A stretch of 64,000 nt of DNA from Chiloscyllium plagiosum. Taxonomy: Eukaryota. The notes under the pieces are model-generated. The model searched no databases, was not told the origin of the DNA, and saw nothing but the letters and a program-made list of their open reading frames with translations. A program made the position numbers and the translations under genes. Where the stretch lies: assembly GCF_004010195.1 (NCBI RefSeq), contig NC_057750.1, forward strand, positions 16,842,726-16,906,725, read 5' to 3'. This document shows, piece by piece, positions 11,861 to 23,399 of this stretch (position 1 is its first letter; the number at the start of each line of letters is the position of its first letter).

Positions 11861-12802
11861 TTCTATGTTTGATTGGATGAGTCTGTTTATTGCTGATGCT
11901 CACTGTGCTTGATTGATTAAGCCTGGATGTGGATTCAGGAAATTAAATAAAGCTGCAACATGGGAGCATGTGGGAGAGTAGAGGCTTTTAAAAACAAAAT
12001 TATTGTGAAGATCATTCCTATGCATGTTGGTATCTTATTTCTGACATTTGAAATACACAGTGAGGAGAGTTCAAAAGGAGGCATGTAGCATAAATACAAG
12101 AAGCACATTTTCACGCAAAGGGGTGTGGAAATCCAGAATCACCTCTCAAACAAAAGTTACTGAAATTGAGAACTTATGAAATGGAGAGATTTTTGGGGTA
12201 GAGGGCTTAGGGGATAAGGTACCAAAGTGGCTTTGTGGAGTTGAGGTACTGAACGGCTATGGTTTAGCTTAATGTCCCTCCTCCTGCCCTTTTAAGAAAC
12301 TATGGCATGGTAAAAGAACCAAATCTGTCTTGAAATTGTGAGTTTCCCTTTGGGATTTATTAACAACAAGAGTCCGGCAACAGAAGGCAGTTCAGCTTCT
12401 CAGACTCGGAGTTATCAGCTGTTTAGGGACACGTGCCAGTAACAATAATGGACAGGAATATCCCCTTCTCTCTCAATAACCAGTCACAGATTATCTCCCA
12501 ACAACATTGAAAGGAAGGGAAAAGGAATTATTTTGCAATAATGTTACACCTTTCAAGAATCCTCGAGGGCTTTTGAGTCAATCAGTTAGTAGCTGCAATT
12601 CTGACTAGGGGGTAAGCCACAGACCAGGCTTTGAACAGGACTAGCCATTACAAATACAGCGGCCACAAGGGGGTGGTGGTTAGCAATGCTGGATGGCTGA
12701 AGATGAAATAATTGATGTAAATCAGTCGATGTGGATTTCCAACATGTATTTGATAATGTGCTACACAGCAAGTTAATACACGAGAGTTGAAGGACTCCTC
12801 AT

Positions 12803-13445
12803 CACAGTGGCTCAGTGGTTAGCACTGCTGCCTCACAGCGCCAGGGACCCGGGTTCGATTCCAGCCTCGGGTGACTGTCTTGTGTGGAGTTTGCACATTC
12901 TCCCCGTGTCTGTGTGGGTTTCCTCTGGGCGCTCTGGTTTCCCCCCCACAGTCCAAAGATGTGCAGGTCAGGGTGGATTGGCCAAGCTAAATTGCCCACA
13001 GTGTCCAGGGAAATGTAAGTTATTGGAATGAATCACAAAATTCCAACAGTGTGGAAACAGGCCCTTCGGCCCAACAAGTCCACACCACTCCTCTGCAGAG
13101 TATCCCACCCAGACCCATTCCCCTGCCCTATTACTCTACATTTCCCCCTGACTAATGCATCTAACCTACACATTCCTGAGTACTATGGGCAATTTAGCTT
13201 GGCCAATTCACCGAACCTACACAACTTTGGCTTGTGGGAGGAAACCCACACAGACATGTAGAGGACATGCAAGCTCCATGCAGACCTAAGGCTGGAATCG
13301 AACCCAGGTCCCTGGTGTTGTAAGGTAGCAGTGCTAACCACTGAGCCATAGAGCAGAGGGTGGGCCTGGGGGAGATGTTCTTCGGAGGTTGGTGTCAACT
13401 CGATGAGCTGAATGGCCTGTTTCCACACTGGAGGGATTCTATGAT
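12803..13445. mobile_element. HE1 SINE (+) interrupted by an HE1 SINE in opposite orientation (~13035-13348)
   Basis: Head 12803-13005 (+), complete minus copy, then the + tail resumes at ~13350-13445. Confidence 0.82.
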
Positions 13446-13459
13446 TCAAAAGCAACTCA

Positions 13460-13730
13460 GAGCTGGGATTTCGGCAGCAAGTGTTTCCAGACTCGCTGAA
13501 GCCTGTCCACCATCTACAAGGCCCTGGTCAGGAGGGTGATAGAATACTATTCACTCACTTGGATGAGTGCAGCTCCAACAACACTCAAAAAGTTCAACGT
13601 CATCGAGGGCAAAGCAGCCACTTGATTGACAGGACATTCTTCAACTTTAACCCCCACACTGACTCTCAGGAGTAGGAGTGTGTACCATCTACAAGATGTA
13701 CTGCTGCAATTCACCAAGGCATCTTCCAAT
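13460..13730 (+). mobile_element. LINE remnant of a second CR1/L2-superclade family
   Basis: CTIYKMYCCNSPRHLP; same family as the minus copies at ~18140-18860, 37980-38540 and 48900-49270. Confidence 0.6.
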
Positions 13731-14722
13731 GGACAAAGGCTCTTCCCTGGGGTGGGGAGAGTCCACAACTAGAGGTCATTGGTTTAGGGTGAGAGGGGAA
13801 AGATATAAAAGAGACCTAATGGGCACGTTTTTCACGCAGAGGGTGGTACGTGTATGGAATGAGCTGCCAGTGGAAATGTTGGAGGCTGGTACAAATGCAA
13901 CATTTAAAAGGCATTTGGACGGGTATGTGAATAGGAAGGGGTTAGAGGGATATGGGCCAAGTGCTGGCAAGTGGGACTAGATTGGGTTGGGATATCTGGT
14001 CGGCATGGACGAGCTGAACCGAAGGGTCTCTGCGTGAAAATGTTGCCCCTTAGGTTCCTTTTATATCTTTCACCTCTCACCCTAAACCTATGTCCTCTAG
14101 TTCTGGACTCCCCCACCCCAGGAAAAAGACCTTGTCTATTTATCCATACCTCTCATGATTTTATAAACCTTTACAAGGTCACCCCTCAGCCTCCGACACT
14201 CCAGGGAAAACAGCCCCAGCCTGTTCAGCCTCTCCCAATAGCTCAAATCCTCCAACCCTGGCAACATCCTTGTAAATCTTTTCTGAACCCTTTCAAATTT
14301 CACAACATCCTTCCGATAGGAAAGAGATCAGAATTGCGTGTGATATTCCAAAAGTGGCCCAACCAATTCCTATACCGCCGCAATATGACCTCCCAACTCC
14401 TGTACTCAATACTCTGACCAATAAAGGAAAGCATACCAAACGCCTTCTTCACTATCCTGCCTACCTGCGACTTCACTTTCAAGGAGCCATGAACCTGCAC
14501 TCCAAGATCTCTTTGTTTAGCAACACTCCCTCGACCTTACCATTAAGTGTATAAGTCCTGCTCTGATTTGCTTTTCCAAAACACAGCACCTCACATTTAT
14601 CTAAATTAAACTCAATCTGCCACTCCTCAGCCCATTGGCCCATCTGATCAAGATCCCATTGTAATCTGAGGTAACCTTCTTCCCTGTCCACTACACCTCC
14701 AATTTTGGTGTCATCAGCAAAC
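13730..14722. mobile_element. Two CR1 3' fragments fused tail-to-tail (+ 13730-14030, - 14028-14722)
   Basis: RGHxFRVRGERYK..TQR is encoded on both strands either side of ~14029. Confidence 0.88.
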
Positions 14723-14839
14723 TGCAGACTGTGGAGAAAGACGTGTAAGATATAGAATATCTGGAATAGTTGGTGTCATCTTGAGAAATGTCCATATTAC
14801 AGAGGAGGTGGTGCTGGATGTCTTAAAATGCTTACAAGT

Positions 14840-15480
14840 TATATAAGGTTCTCTGAGATGTCACCCCCCCCCCCCCCCCCCCCCATTATTCTAAATTCCA
14901 GTGAGTACAAGGCCAGTAGATCCAGGCTTTCCTCAAATGTCAGTCCTGCCATCCTGGAATCAATCTGGTGAACCTTTGCTGGACTCCCTCAGTAACAAGA
15001 ATGTCCTACCTCAGACTAGGAGACCAAAACTGCACACAGTGCTCAAGGTGTGGCCTCACCAAGACCCTGTACAACTCCAGCACATCTTTACTCTGATACT
15101 CAAATCCTCTCACTATGAAGGAGAGCTTGCCATTAGCTTTCTTCACTGCACGCTGCACCTGCATGCCAACCTTCAGAGACTGTTCCATCATGACCCCCAG
15201 GTCTCATTGCATCTCACCATTTCCTAAACTGCCACCATTCAGATAATAAGCTGCCTTCCTGATTTTGTGACCAAAGTGGATTACCTCACATTTATTCACA
15301 TTATATTGAATTTGCCGAGTATTTGCCCACTCAGCCAGTCTGTCCGACTCACCCTGCAGCCTCTTTGCATCCTCCTCAGAGCACACACTGCCACCCAGCT
15401 TTGTGTCATCTGCAGATTTGGAGATTGAGCATTCATTTCCTTCATCCGAATCATGAATGTATATTGTAAACAGCTGGGGT
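14840..15480 (-). mobile_element. Older CR1-type LINE RT C-terminal remnant
   Basis: SKSADDTKLGG, KCEVIHFG, LVRPHLEHCVQFWSP. Confidence 0.85.
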
Positions 15481-15961
15481 TCCTGTACTCGGTATCCCTC
15501 CAAGTGAAGGAATCTGAACATTATACACTTTGCTTTCTTTGTGTATCATTGACTTTTATTTAGGACAGTTTTGGATGTATCAGCTTGTATCTGAGGCCAT
15601 GGTTTGGCTTTACCTGATATTGTAGGTTGACATGAACCTGTTGTTGTAGATGAAGGCATCACGACAAAGATGGAATATCGCAGTATCATGAATAGCCAGC
15701 AGATGGCAGCAAATGCCCACAGTTTGTGGCGATTCAAGCAATAACCTCAGTCACTGATGGTGGAATTTTTCTGGGGTCTGAGTAATATGGGCTATGATGA
15801 GACTTGCGGCAGAATCAAAAAAGAAATCCAGGGAGGTCTATCTCAATATAGGGAGCATCTTACTTTTTTTATGCATTTCAAAGGCAGAGTGCTGACATTT
15901 CTCATTGGCGAGTTGCCAGTTGACTGCAATTATTATTTGTTAAATGCCTTGATGACAGCTC

Positions 15962-16078
15962 AGGAGAAAGTGAGGATTGCAGGTGCTAGAGATCAGAGTC
16001 AAAAAGTATGGCGCTGGAAAAGCACAGCAGGTCAGGCCGCAACCGAGGAGCAGGGGAGTCGATGTATTGGGCATAAGG
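15962..16078 (-). mobile_element. Penelope-like pLTR fragment, family A
   Basis: AGGAGAAAGTGAGGA..GCTGGAAAAGCACAGCAGGTCAGG..GGGCATAAG. Confidence 0.7.
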
Positions 16079-17422
16079 ACAGTCTACGTAGGGACGGGCA
16101 TCTCATTCACTAAAGGAACCAGGCTGCGTTGCAGGGCTGCTCACTTGTTCTCTGATCTCTCACTCATTTCGTGCCTACTTTGGGGGCTCAGACCATCTAT
16201 ACCATGTCCTGCCTTGCCTTTTCGTGCCAATTCACACAGTCACAGAACTAGTCAGCTTGCATTGCAAGGGGTTGGCTCTATGGCAGTAGGCTATGTCAAT
16301 CTCACATCTGCACCATGTGCCAGCAGTTTGTACGGCAAGCACATGGCATGCTTAGCAAGCCTTACCTGGGAATGGATATTCTGGCTAAGGAGGGAGTACA
16401 ACAAAGGTTTATCAGACTGAGGAAGGGAGCACCTGGAGTTGGTACCAAGGAAAGTCCTCAAATTACCTTTCTGTAAATGGGTCTGAGGCTCCCCGTTTTC
16501 TTTCTGACTGTGAGTCCAATCTCTAATTCCTCTTTGTGATAATGGGGGAGCTTATCTGCCACTGCATTGAGTTTCAGGAGGGTTGCAGCACAGAGAGAGG
16601 CCATTCGGCCCGCTGTATGGAATGCATTCGCCCATCGTCACTCTCGGCCTGCTTCACATAGCTTCGCACGTCCTCTTGTGCCAAAGGGGCTCATCTCCCA
16701 CCTTGTCAGACCGAAGGGTTTGAGAGACACAGTGTTTTTGTCCCAGTGGGAAAGCTCTCCTGATCCAACACACCAGGCAGACCATGAGAGAGTTCCCTTA
16801 CAAAGGACAAGCCTGTGTCAAACCCAATGGTAGAGACTTGGGAGTGTTAAAAGGAGAGTTTTTGGATTTCCTTAGCATCTTTGAGAGGTGTCCCTGGGCA
16901 CAAAGTGAGCAGTAGAGCACCCTCGTAAACACAGCATCTGGTTTATGCACAGCAAGATCCCACAGCCCCAAAAATAACAGCAATTAACAATTCTGTTTCT
17001 CCCTGGCTGAGAGATAAATTGTTATGATTTAATATATAAATGTTATCCCCAGGAAGCCAAGGAAAAGATCCTTTCTCCTCCCGAAAGGGTAATAAGATCC
17101 TTTACATTTACCTGAGACCCCACCCGAAAGGCAGCATTGGCTGGGCACTGCGGAGGAGTAACACTGGGCTAGGACCCATCAATTCAAGGTTCAAGTGGGA
17201 TTTGAACTAATAACCTTCTTGCTTACAGGAAACACCACTTCCCATTGATCTAAGGAGACTATTGGTTCTTTTGTGGGATGACGTGTTGCTGATTGGCCAG
17301 CATTTATTGCCCCTTGTCTAGCTGCCCCTTGAGAAGGTTGGGGTGAGCTGCCATCTTGAACTGCTGCAGTCCACCTGCTGTGGGTAGACCCACAATGCCC
17401 CTTAGGGAGAGAATTCCGGGAC

Positions 17423-18072
17423 TTGAATTGAATTGAATTTATCGTCACATGTACCAAGGCAGAGTGAAAAGCTTTGTCTTGCATATCACAGAGTTAAATC
17501 GCATAGATAAGTAAACAATAGATAAACAGCTGCGAAACCAAAAACACAGATACAGGTGACTGTTAAGAGTTTTTGAGTCCATTCGGTATTCTAACAACAG
17601 TTGGGTAGAAACTGTTTTGAAACCAGCTGGTGCGTGTGTATCTTCTCCCCGATGGTAGAGGTTGTAGAAAAGCATTGCCAGGGTGGGATGGGTCTTTGAG
17701 AATGCTGGCGGCCTTTCCTTGACAGCGGGGCCTGGTAGATGGGTTCTGTAGATGGGAGGTTGGCCTTTGTGATTGTCCGGGCCGAGTTCACCACTCTCTG
17801 TAACCACCTCCGATCTTGAATGGTACAGCTGCCATACCAGGTAGAGATACACCCAGACAGAATACTCTCAATGGCACACCTGTAAAAGTTCACAAGGGTA
17901 TTCGCCGTCATGCCAAATTCCCTCAGCTGCCTGAGGAAGAAGAGATGCTGTATCACAGGTAGAGGCAGAATCCAAGGAAAGCGATGGGACCAGAGGGAGT
18001 ACCAGGCCGTGCACTCAGAGCATGCACAGATCAGTTGGTAGAGGTCTTCTCAGACATCTCCAACCTCTCCCT
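17423..18072 (-). mobile_element. Rex1/Babar-clade LINE fragment with an inverted 5' segment (17955-18072 on +)
   Basis: Minus HLFFLRQLREFGM..NFYRCAIESILSGCISTWYG; (TTGAA)n tail at 17423; plus-strand [30 protein letters not shown]. Confidence 0.78.
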
Positions 18073-18383
18073 GCAGGTACCTTGGACGTCCTCAACCTTT
18101 GCTTGTGGCAATATGGACACAGCAGTTACGAGAGCACATTTTGACCCAGAGACACCGAAGGAACCAGTGATATATTTCCAAGTCAGGATGGTGAGTGGCT
18201 GACGGGGAACTTGCAGGGGGTGGTGTTCCAATGTATCTGCTGCCCTTGTCTTTCGAAATGGGAGGGTTATGTGTTTGCAATGTGCTGTTGATGGAGGCCT
18301 GGTAATTTAATGCAGTCGTACGTGCTGCTGTTACTGTGTTTCGGTCATGGAGTGAACGTTGGGCGTGATGGATGTGTTTCGAA

Positions 18384-18587
18384 GAGTGTGGTGCTGGAAA
18401 AGCACAGCAGGTCAGGCAGTATCCGAGGAGCAGGAGAGTCGACGTTTTGGGCATAAGCCCTTCATCAGGAATGATGCTCGAAACGCCAACACTCCTGCTC
18501 CTGGGATACTGCTTGACCGGCTGTGCTTTTCCAGCACCACACTGCTCAACTTTGATCTCCAGCATCTGCAGTCCTCACTTTCTCCTG
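18384..18587. mobile_element. Penelope-like pLTR-derived palindromic element, family A
   Basis: Inverted arms GTGGTGCTGGAAAAGCACAGC / GCTGTGCTTTTCCAGCACCAC, with an extra tail on the right arm. Confidence 0.75.
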
Positions 18588-19805
18588 GGTGATAGATATG
18601 ATACCAGTGGAACGGGCTGCTTTGTCCTGGATGGTGTCGAGCTTCTTGAGTGGTGTTGGAGCTACCCCCATCCAGGGGCAAGTGGGGAGTATTCCCTCAT
18701 ACTCCTGACTTGTGCCATGTCAATGGTGGACAGGCTTTGGGGAGTCAGGAGGGGAGTTACTCGCTGCAACATTCCCAGTCTCTGACCTGTTCTTGTAGCC
18801 ACTGTATTAGTACGGGTGGTTCAATTCAGATTTGGTCATTGGTAATCCCCAGGATGTTGACAGAGGGGATATCAGAGTCAGCCATTGAATGTCATACGAT
18901 AGGCTGCTACACGAGTGATGCACAGGGAGTATTGCACTGACAGAGGAGCTGCTCCCTTGGTCGATATTAAATGTTATCAAGGAGGAGGCGGCCCAGCAGG
19001 AGGCCATTGTCCACATTGGAACCAATGACATAGGAAGGGAAAAGGTTGAGATTCTGAAGGGAGATTACAGAGAGTTAGACAGGAATTTAAAAAGGAGGTC
19101 CTTGGAGTTGTATATCTGGATTATTCACTGTGCTAAGAGCTAGTGAGGGTAGAAATATGAGGATAGAGCAGATGAATGCGCGGCTGAGGAGCTGGTGTAT
19201 GGGAGGAGGATTCACATTGTTGGATCATTGGAATCTCTTCTGGGGTAGAAGTGACCAGTACAAGAAGGACAGATTGCACCTGAATTGGAAGGGGTCTAAC
19301 GTACTGGCAGGGAGATTTGCTAGAGCTGCTCGGAAGGATTTAACCTAGTAAGGTGATGGAGGGTGGGACACAGGGAGATAGTGAGGAAAGAGATCAGTAT
19401 CAGACTGGCACAGTTGGGAAAAGGTGTGAGTCAAATAGTCAGGGCAGGCAGGGCCAAGGTAGGACTGATAAATTAAACTGCATTTATTTCAAGGCAAGAG
19501 GCCTAACAGGGAAGGCCGATGAACTCAGGGCATGGTTAGGAACATGGGACTGGGATATCATAGCAATTACAGAAACATGGCTCAGGGATGGACAGGACTA
19601 GCAACTTAATGTTCCAGGACATAAATGCTACAGGAAGGATAGAAAAGGAGGCAAGAGAGGAGGGGGAGTGCCGTTTTTGATAAGGGATAGCATTACAGCT
19701 GTGTTGAGGGAGGGTATTCCTGGAAATACATCCAGGAAAGTTATTTGGGTGGAACTGAGAAATAAGAAAGGGATAATCACCTTATTGGGATTGTATTATA
19801 GACCT

Positions 19806-20107
19806 TAAAAATGTGTTGCTGGAAATGCGCAGCAGGTCAGGCAGCATCAAAGGAACAGGAGAATCGACGTTTCGGGCATAAGCCCTTCTGTTCAGCCACG
19901 GGGCGGTTGGGTTGGTTGGTCCGGGTGTCCCAGAGGTGTTCTCTGAAACGTTCCGCAAGTAGGCGGCCTGTCTCCCCAATGTATAGGAGGCCACATCGGG
20001 TGCAGTGGATGCAGTAAATGATGTGTGTGGAGGTGCAGGTGAATTTGTGACAGATATGGAAGGATCCCTTGGGGCCTTGGAGGGAAGTAAGGGGGGAGGT
20101 GTGGGCG
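19806..20107 (-). mobile_element. Penelope-like retroelement fragment: GIY-YIG endonuclease C-terminal region joined to family A pLTR
   Basis: Minus ORF segment FTCTSTHIIYCIHCTRCGLLYIGETGRLLAERFREH followed by GAAGGGCTTATGCCCGAAACGTCGATTC. Confidence 0.85.
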
Positions 20108-21311
20108 CCTAATACTGGGGAAATTGAGAAACAAATTTGTAAGGAGATCTCAGTTATCTGTAAGAATAATAGGGTGTTTATGGTGGGGATGTTAACCTTC
20201 CAAACATAGACTGCGACTGGCATAGTGTTAAGGGTTTAGATGGAGAGGAATTTGTTAAATGTGTACAAGACAATTTTCTGATTCAGTATGTCGATGTACC
20301 TACTAGAGAAGGTGCAAAACTTGACCTACTCTTGGGGAATAAGGCAGTGGGTGACTGAGGTCTCACTGGGGGAGCACTTTGGGGCCAGCAACCATAATTT
20401 TATAAATTTTAAAATAGTGATGGAAAAGGAAAGACCAGATCTAAAAGTTGAAGTTCTAAATTGAAGAAGTCTAATTTTGACAGTATTAGACAAGAACTTT
20501 CGAAAGCTGATAGGGGGCAGATGTTCGCAGGTAAAGGGACGGCTGGAAAATGGGAAGCCTTCAGAAATGAGATAACGAGAATCCAGAGAAAGGATATTAC
20601 TGTCAGGGTGAAAGGAAAGTCTGGTAGGTATAGGGAATGCTGGATGACTAAAGAAATTGAAGGTTTGGTTAAAAAAAAGAAGGAAGCATATGTCAGGTAC
20701 AGACAGGATAGATCGAGTGAATCCTTAGAAGGGTATAATGGCAGTAGGAGAATACTTAAGAGGGAAATCAGGAGGGCAAAAAGGGGACATGAGATAGCTC
20801 TGGCAAAGGAGAGTCCAAAGGGGTTTTACAAATATATTAAGGACAAAAGAGCAACTAGGGAGAGAATAGAGCCCCTCAAAGATCAGCAAGGCAGCCTTTG
20901 TGTGGAGCCGCAGGAGATGGGGGAGATACTAAACGAGTATTTTGCATCAGTGGTTACTATGGAAAAGGACATGGAAGATATAGAATGTGGGTAAATAGAT
21001 AGTGACATCTTGGAAAATGTCCAGATTACAGAGGAGGAAGTGCTGGATGTCTTGAAACGCATAAAAGTGGATAAATCCTCAGGACCTGATCAGTTGTACC
21101 CTTAACTCTACGGGAAGCTAGGGAAGTGATTGCAGGGTCTCTCGCTGAGATATTTGTATCATCGATAGTCACAGGTGAGGTGCTGGAAGACTAGAGATTG
21201 GCAAACGTGGTGCCACTGTTTAAGAAGGGCGGTAAAGACAAGCCAAGGAACTATAGACCGGTGAGCCTGACCTCAGTGGTGGGCAAGTTGTTGGAGGGAA
21301 TCCTGAGGGAT

Positions 21312-21947
21312 NNNNNNNNNNNNNNNNNNNNNNNNNNNNNNNNNNNNNNNNNNNNNNNNNNNNNNNNNNNNNNNNNNNNNNNNNNNNNNNNNNNNNNNNN
21401 NNNNNNNNNNNNNNNNNNNNNNNNNNNNNNNNNNNNNNNNNNNNNNNNNNNNNNNNNNNNNNNNNNNNNNNNNNNNNNNNNNNNNNNNNNNNNNNNNNNN
21501 NNNNNNNNNNNNNNNNNNNNNNNNNNNNNNNNNNNNNNNNNNNNNNNNNNNNNNNNNNNNNNNNNNNNNNNNNNNNNNNNNNNNNNNNNNNNNNNNNNNN
21601 NNNNNNNNNNNNNNNNNNNNNNNNNNNNNNNNNNNNNNNNNNNNNNNNNNNNNNNNNNNNNNNNNNNNNNNNNNNNNNNNNNNNNNNNNNNNNNNNNNNN
21701 NNNNNNNNNNNNNNNNNNNNNNNNNNNNNNNNNNNNNNNNNNNNNNNNNNNNNNNNNNNNNNNNNNNNNNNNNNNNNNNNNNNNNNNNNNNNNNNNNNNN
21801 NNNNNNNNNNNNNNNNNNNNNNNNNNNNNNNNNNNNNNNNNNNNNNNNNNNNNNNNNNNNNNNNNNNNNNNNNNNNNNNNNNNNNNNNNNNNNNNNNNNN
21901 NNNNNNNNNNNNNNNNNNNNNNNNNNNNNNNNNNNNNNNNNNNNNNN
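21312..21947. other. Assembly gap (N run) inside CR1 RT
   Basis: Continuous Ns; a second small gap lies at 1645-1672. Confidence 0.99.
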
Positions 21948-22527
21948 CAGGCTGGGGCTGTTTTCCCTGGAGCGTCGGAGGCTGAGGGGTGACTTTATAG
22001 AGGTTTATAAAATCATGAGGGACATGGATAGGGTAAATAGACAAAGTCTTTTCCCTGGAGTGGGGGAGTCCAGAACTAGAGGGCATAGGTTTAGGGTGAG
22101 AGGGGAAAGATATAAAAGAGACCTAAGGGGCAACGTTTTCATGCAGAGGGTGGTACGTGTATGGAATGAGCTGCCAGGGGAGGTGGTGGAGGCTGGTACA
22201 ATTGCAACATTTAAAAGGCATCTGGATGGGTATAAGAACAGGAAGGGTTTGGAGGGATATGGGCCGGATGCTGGCAGGTGGGAGTAGATTGGTTTGGGAT
22301 AACTGGTCGGCATGGACGGGTTAGACCGAAGGGTCTGTTTCCGTGCTGTACATCTCTCTAACTCTAATTTAACATTCCAAAAACACTGCGGGATGAAGAG
22401 CAGGGGAGATGGTGGTGAATTGATAATAACCAGAGGTTCAGCTTAATATTTTGGGGATGTTCATTCAAATTCCAGCCTGGCAGTGAGCAGTTTAAAGTCC
22501 AATTGAAAAGCTAGCCTTCAGTAACAG

Positions 22528-22626
22528 ATATTCCTGATGAAGGGCTTTTGCCCGAAATGTCGATTTTACTGCTCCTCGGATGCTGCCTGAACTGCTGTGC
22601 TTTTCCAGCACCACTCTAATCTAGAA
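22528..22626 (+). mobile_element. Penelope-like pLTR fragment, family A, inside an old SINE
   Basis: TSD TTCAGTAACAG (22517-22527, 22627-22637); CTGATGAAGGGCTTTTGCCCGAAA. Confidence 0.72.
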
Positions 22627-22800
22627 TTCAGTAACAGTGACCAGGCTTGTAATGCTGGATCACTGACACCTCTTTGGAAAGGAAACTTGCTGTTTTTATC
22701 TGGTGTGGCCTACCTGTGACCCACAGAAAATACGTTTGACTCTTAACTGCCCTCTGAACAATTAGGAATGGCAATGATGCCCATGTCCCTTGGGACCAAG

Positions 22801-22947
22801 GTAAAAATCACACAACACCAGGTTGCAGTCCTGAAGGAGCAGCGCTCCAAAAGCTAGTGCTTCCAAATAAACCTGTTGGACAACAATCTGGTGCTGTGTG
22901 ATCTTTAACTTTGCCCATCCCAGTCCAACACCGGCACCTCCACATCA
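22801..22947. mobile_element. Penelope-like pLTR-derived element, family B
   Basis: AAAAATCACACAACACCAGG arm, inverted arm and tail CAGTCCAACACCGGCACCTCCA. Confidence 0.7.
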
Positions 22948-23086
22948 CGTCCTCGGAAAGGAACAAGAGCCGAGAGTTTTCCTGATGTTACGTCCAACAT
23001 TATTGCCCCCAAACTGGGAATGTGGGGGGTTTGGGAGGGGTGGAGGAAAACCATCAAGTTCTCATTTGCGGTTGTGATGATTTTGG

Positions 23087-23238
23087 GGGATCCTGCTGTG
23101 TGTGCTTGCTGTCCTGTGAATTCTGGGATCTTGCTGTGCATGATTGCTGTCCTGTGAATTCTGGGATCTTGCTGGGTGTGCTTGCTGTCCTGTGAATTCT
23201 GGGATCTTGCTGTGCGTGCTTGCAGTCCTGTGAATTTT
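23087..23238. repeat. Tandem repeat, 4 x 38 bp (GGGATCTTGCTGTG..TGCTGTCCTGTGAATTCT)
   Basis: Units start at 23087, 23125, 23163 and 23201. Confidence 0.92.
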
Positions 23239-23259
23239 GGTGGTGAACTGGGTGAATCC

Positions 23260-23341
23260 CCCTGCTGCCTGACCTGCTGTGCTTTTCCAGCACCACACTC
23301 GGGACTCTGAGCTCCAGTATCTGCAGTCCTCCCTTTCTCCT
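23260..23341 (+). mobile_element. Penelope-like pLTR fragment, family A (3' part)
   Basis: GCTGCCTGACCTGCTGTGCTTTTCCAGCACC..CTGCAGTCCTCCCTTTCTCCT. Confidence 0.65.
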
Positions 23342-23399
23342 GGGAGGGGCTTGCTTGTCTATTACTCCTGGTCTCTCTCAGGCAGCTCTGTCCCTTATT

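Larger units (their letters stand above)
18985..22368 (+). mobile_element. Near full-length CR1 LINE: ORF1 SGNH esterase, ORF2 APE endonuclease and RT, disrupted
   Basis: VHIGTND..KDRLHLNWKG (ORF1), LNCIYFKARGL..DIIAITETWL (APE), NYRPVSLTS, 3' WNELP and tail; contains a gap and a Penelope insertion. Confidence 0.92.

Noticed and set aside
15546..15737. Hydrophobic minus-strand ORF ending at a CAG|GTAAAG donor-like site, considered as a signal-peptide exon of a neighbouring gene such as ERN2
   Set aside because: In-frame stop just upstream, no ATG before the hydrophobic stretch, no good acceptor and no recognisable homology in any frame.
21198..22086. 264-aa and 288-aa ORFs in the track
   Set aside because: Artefacts of translating through the N gap.
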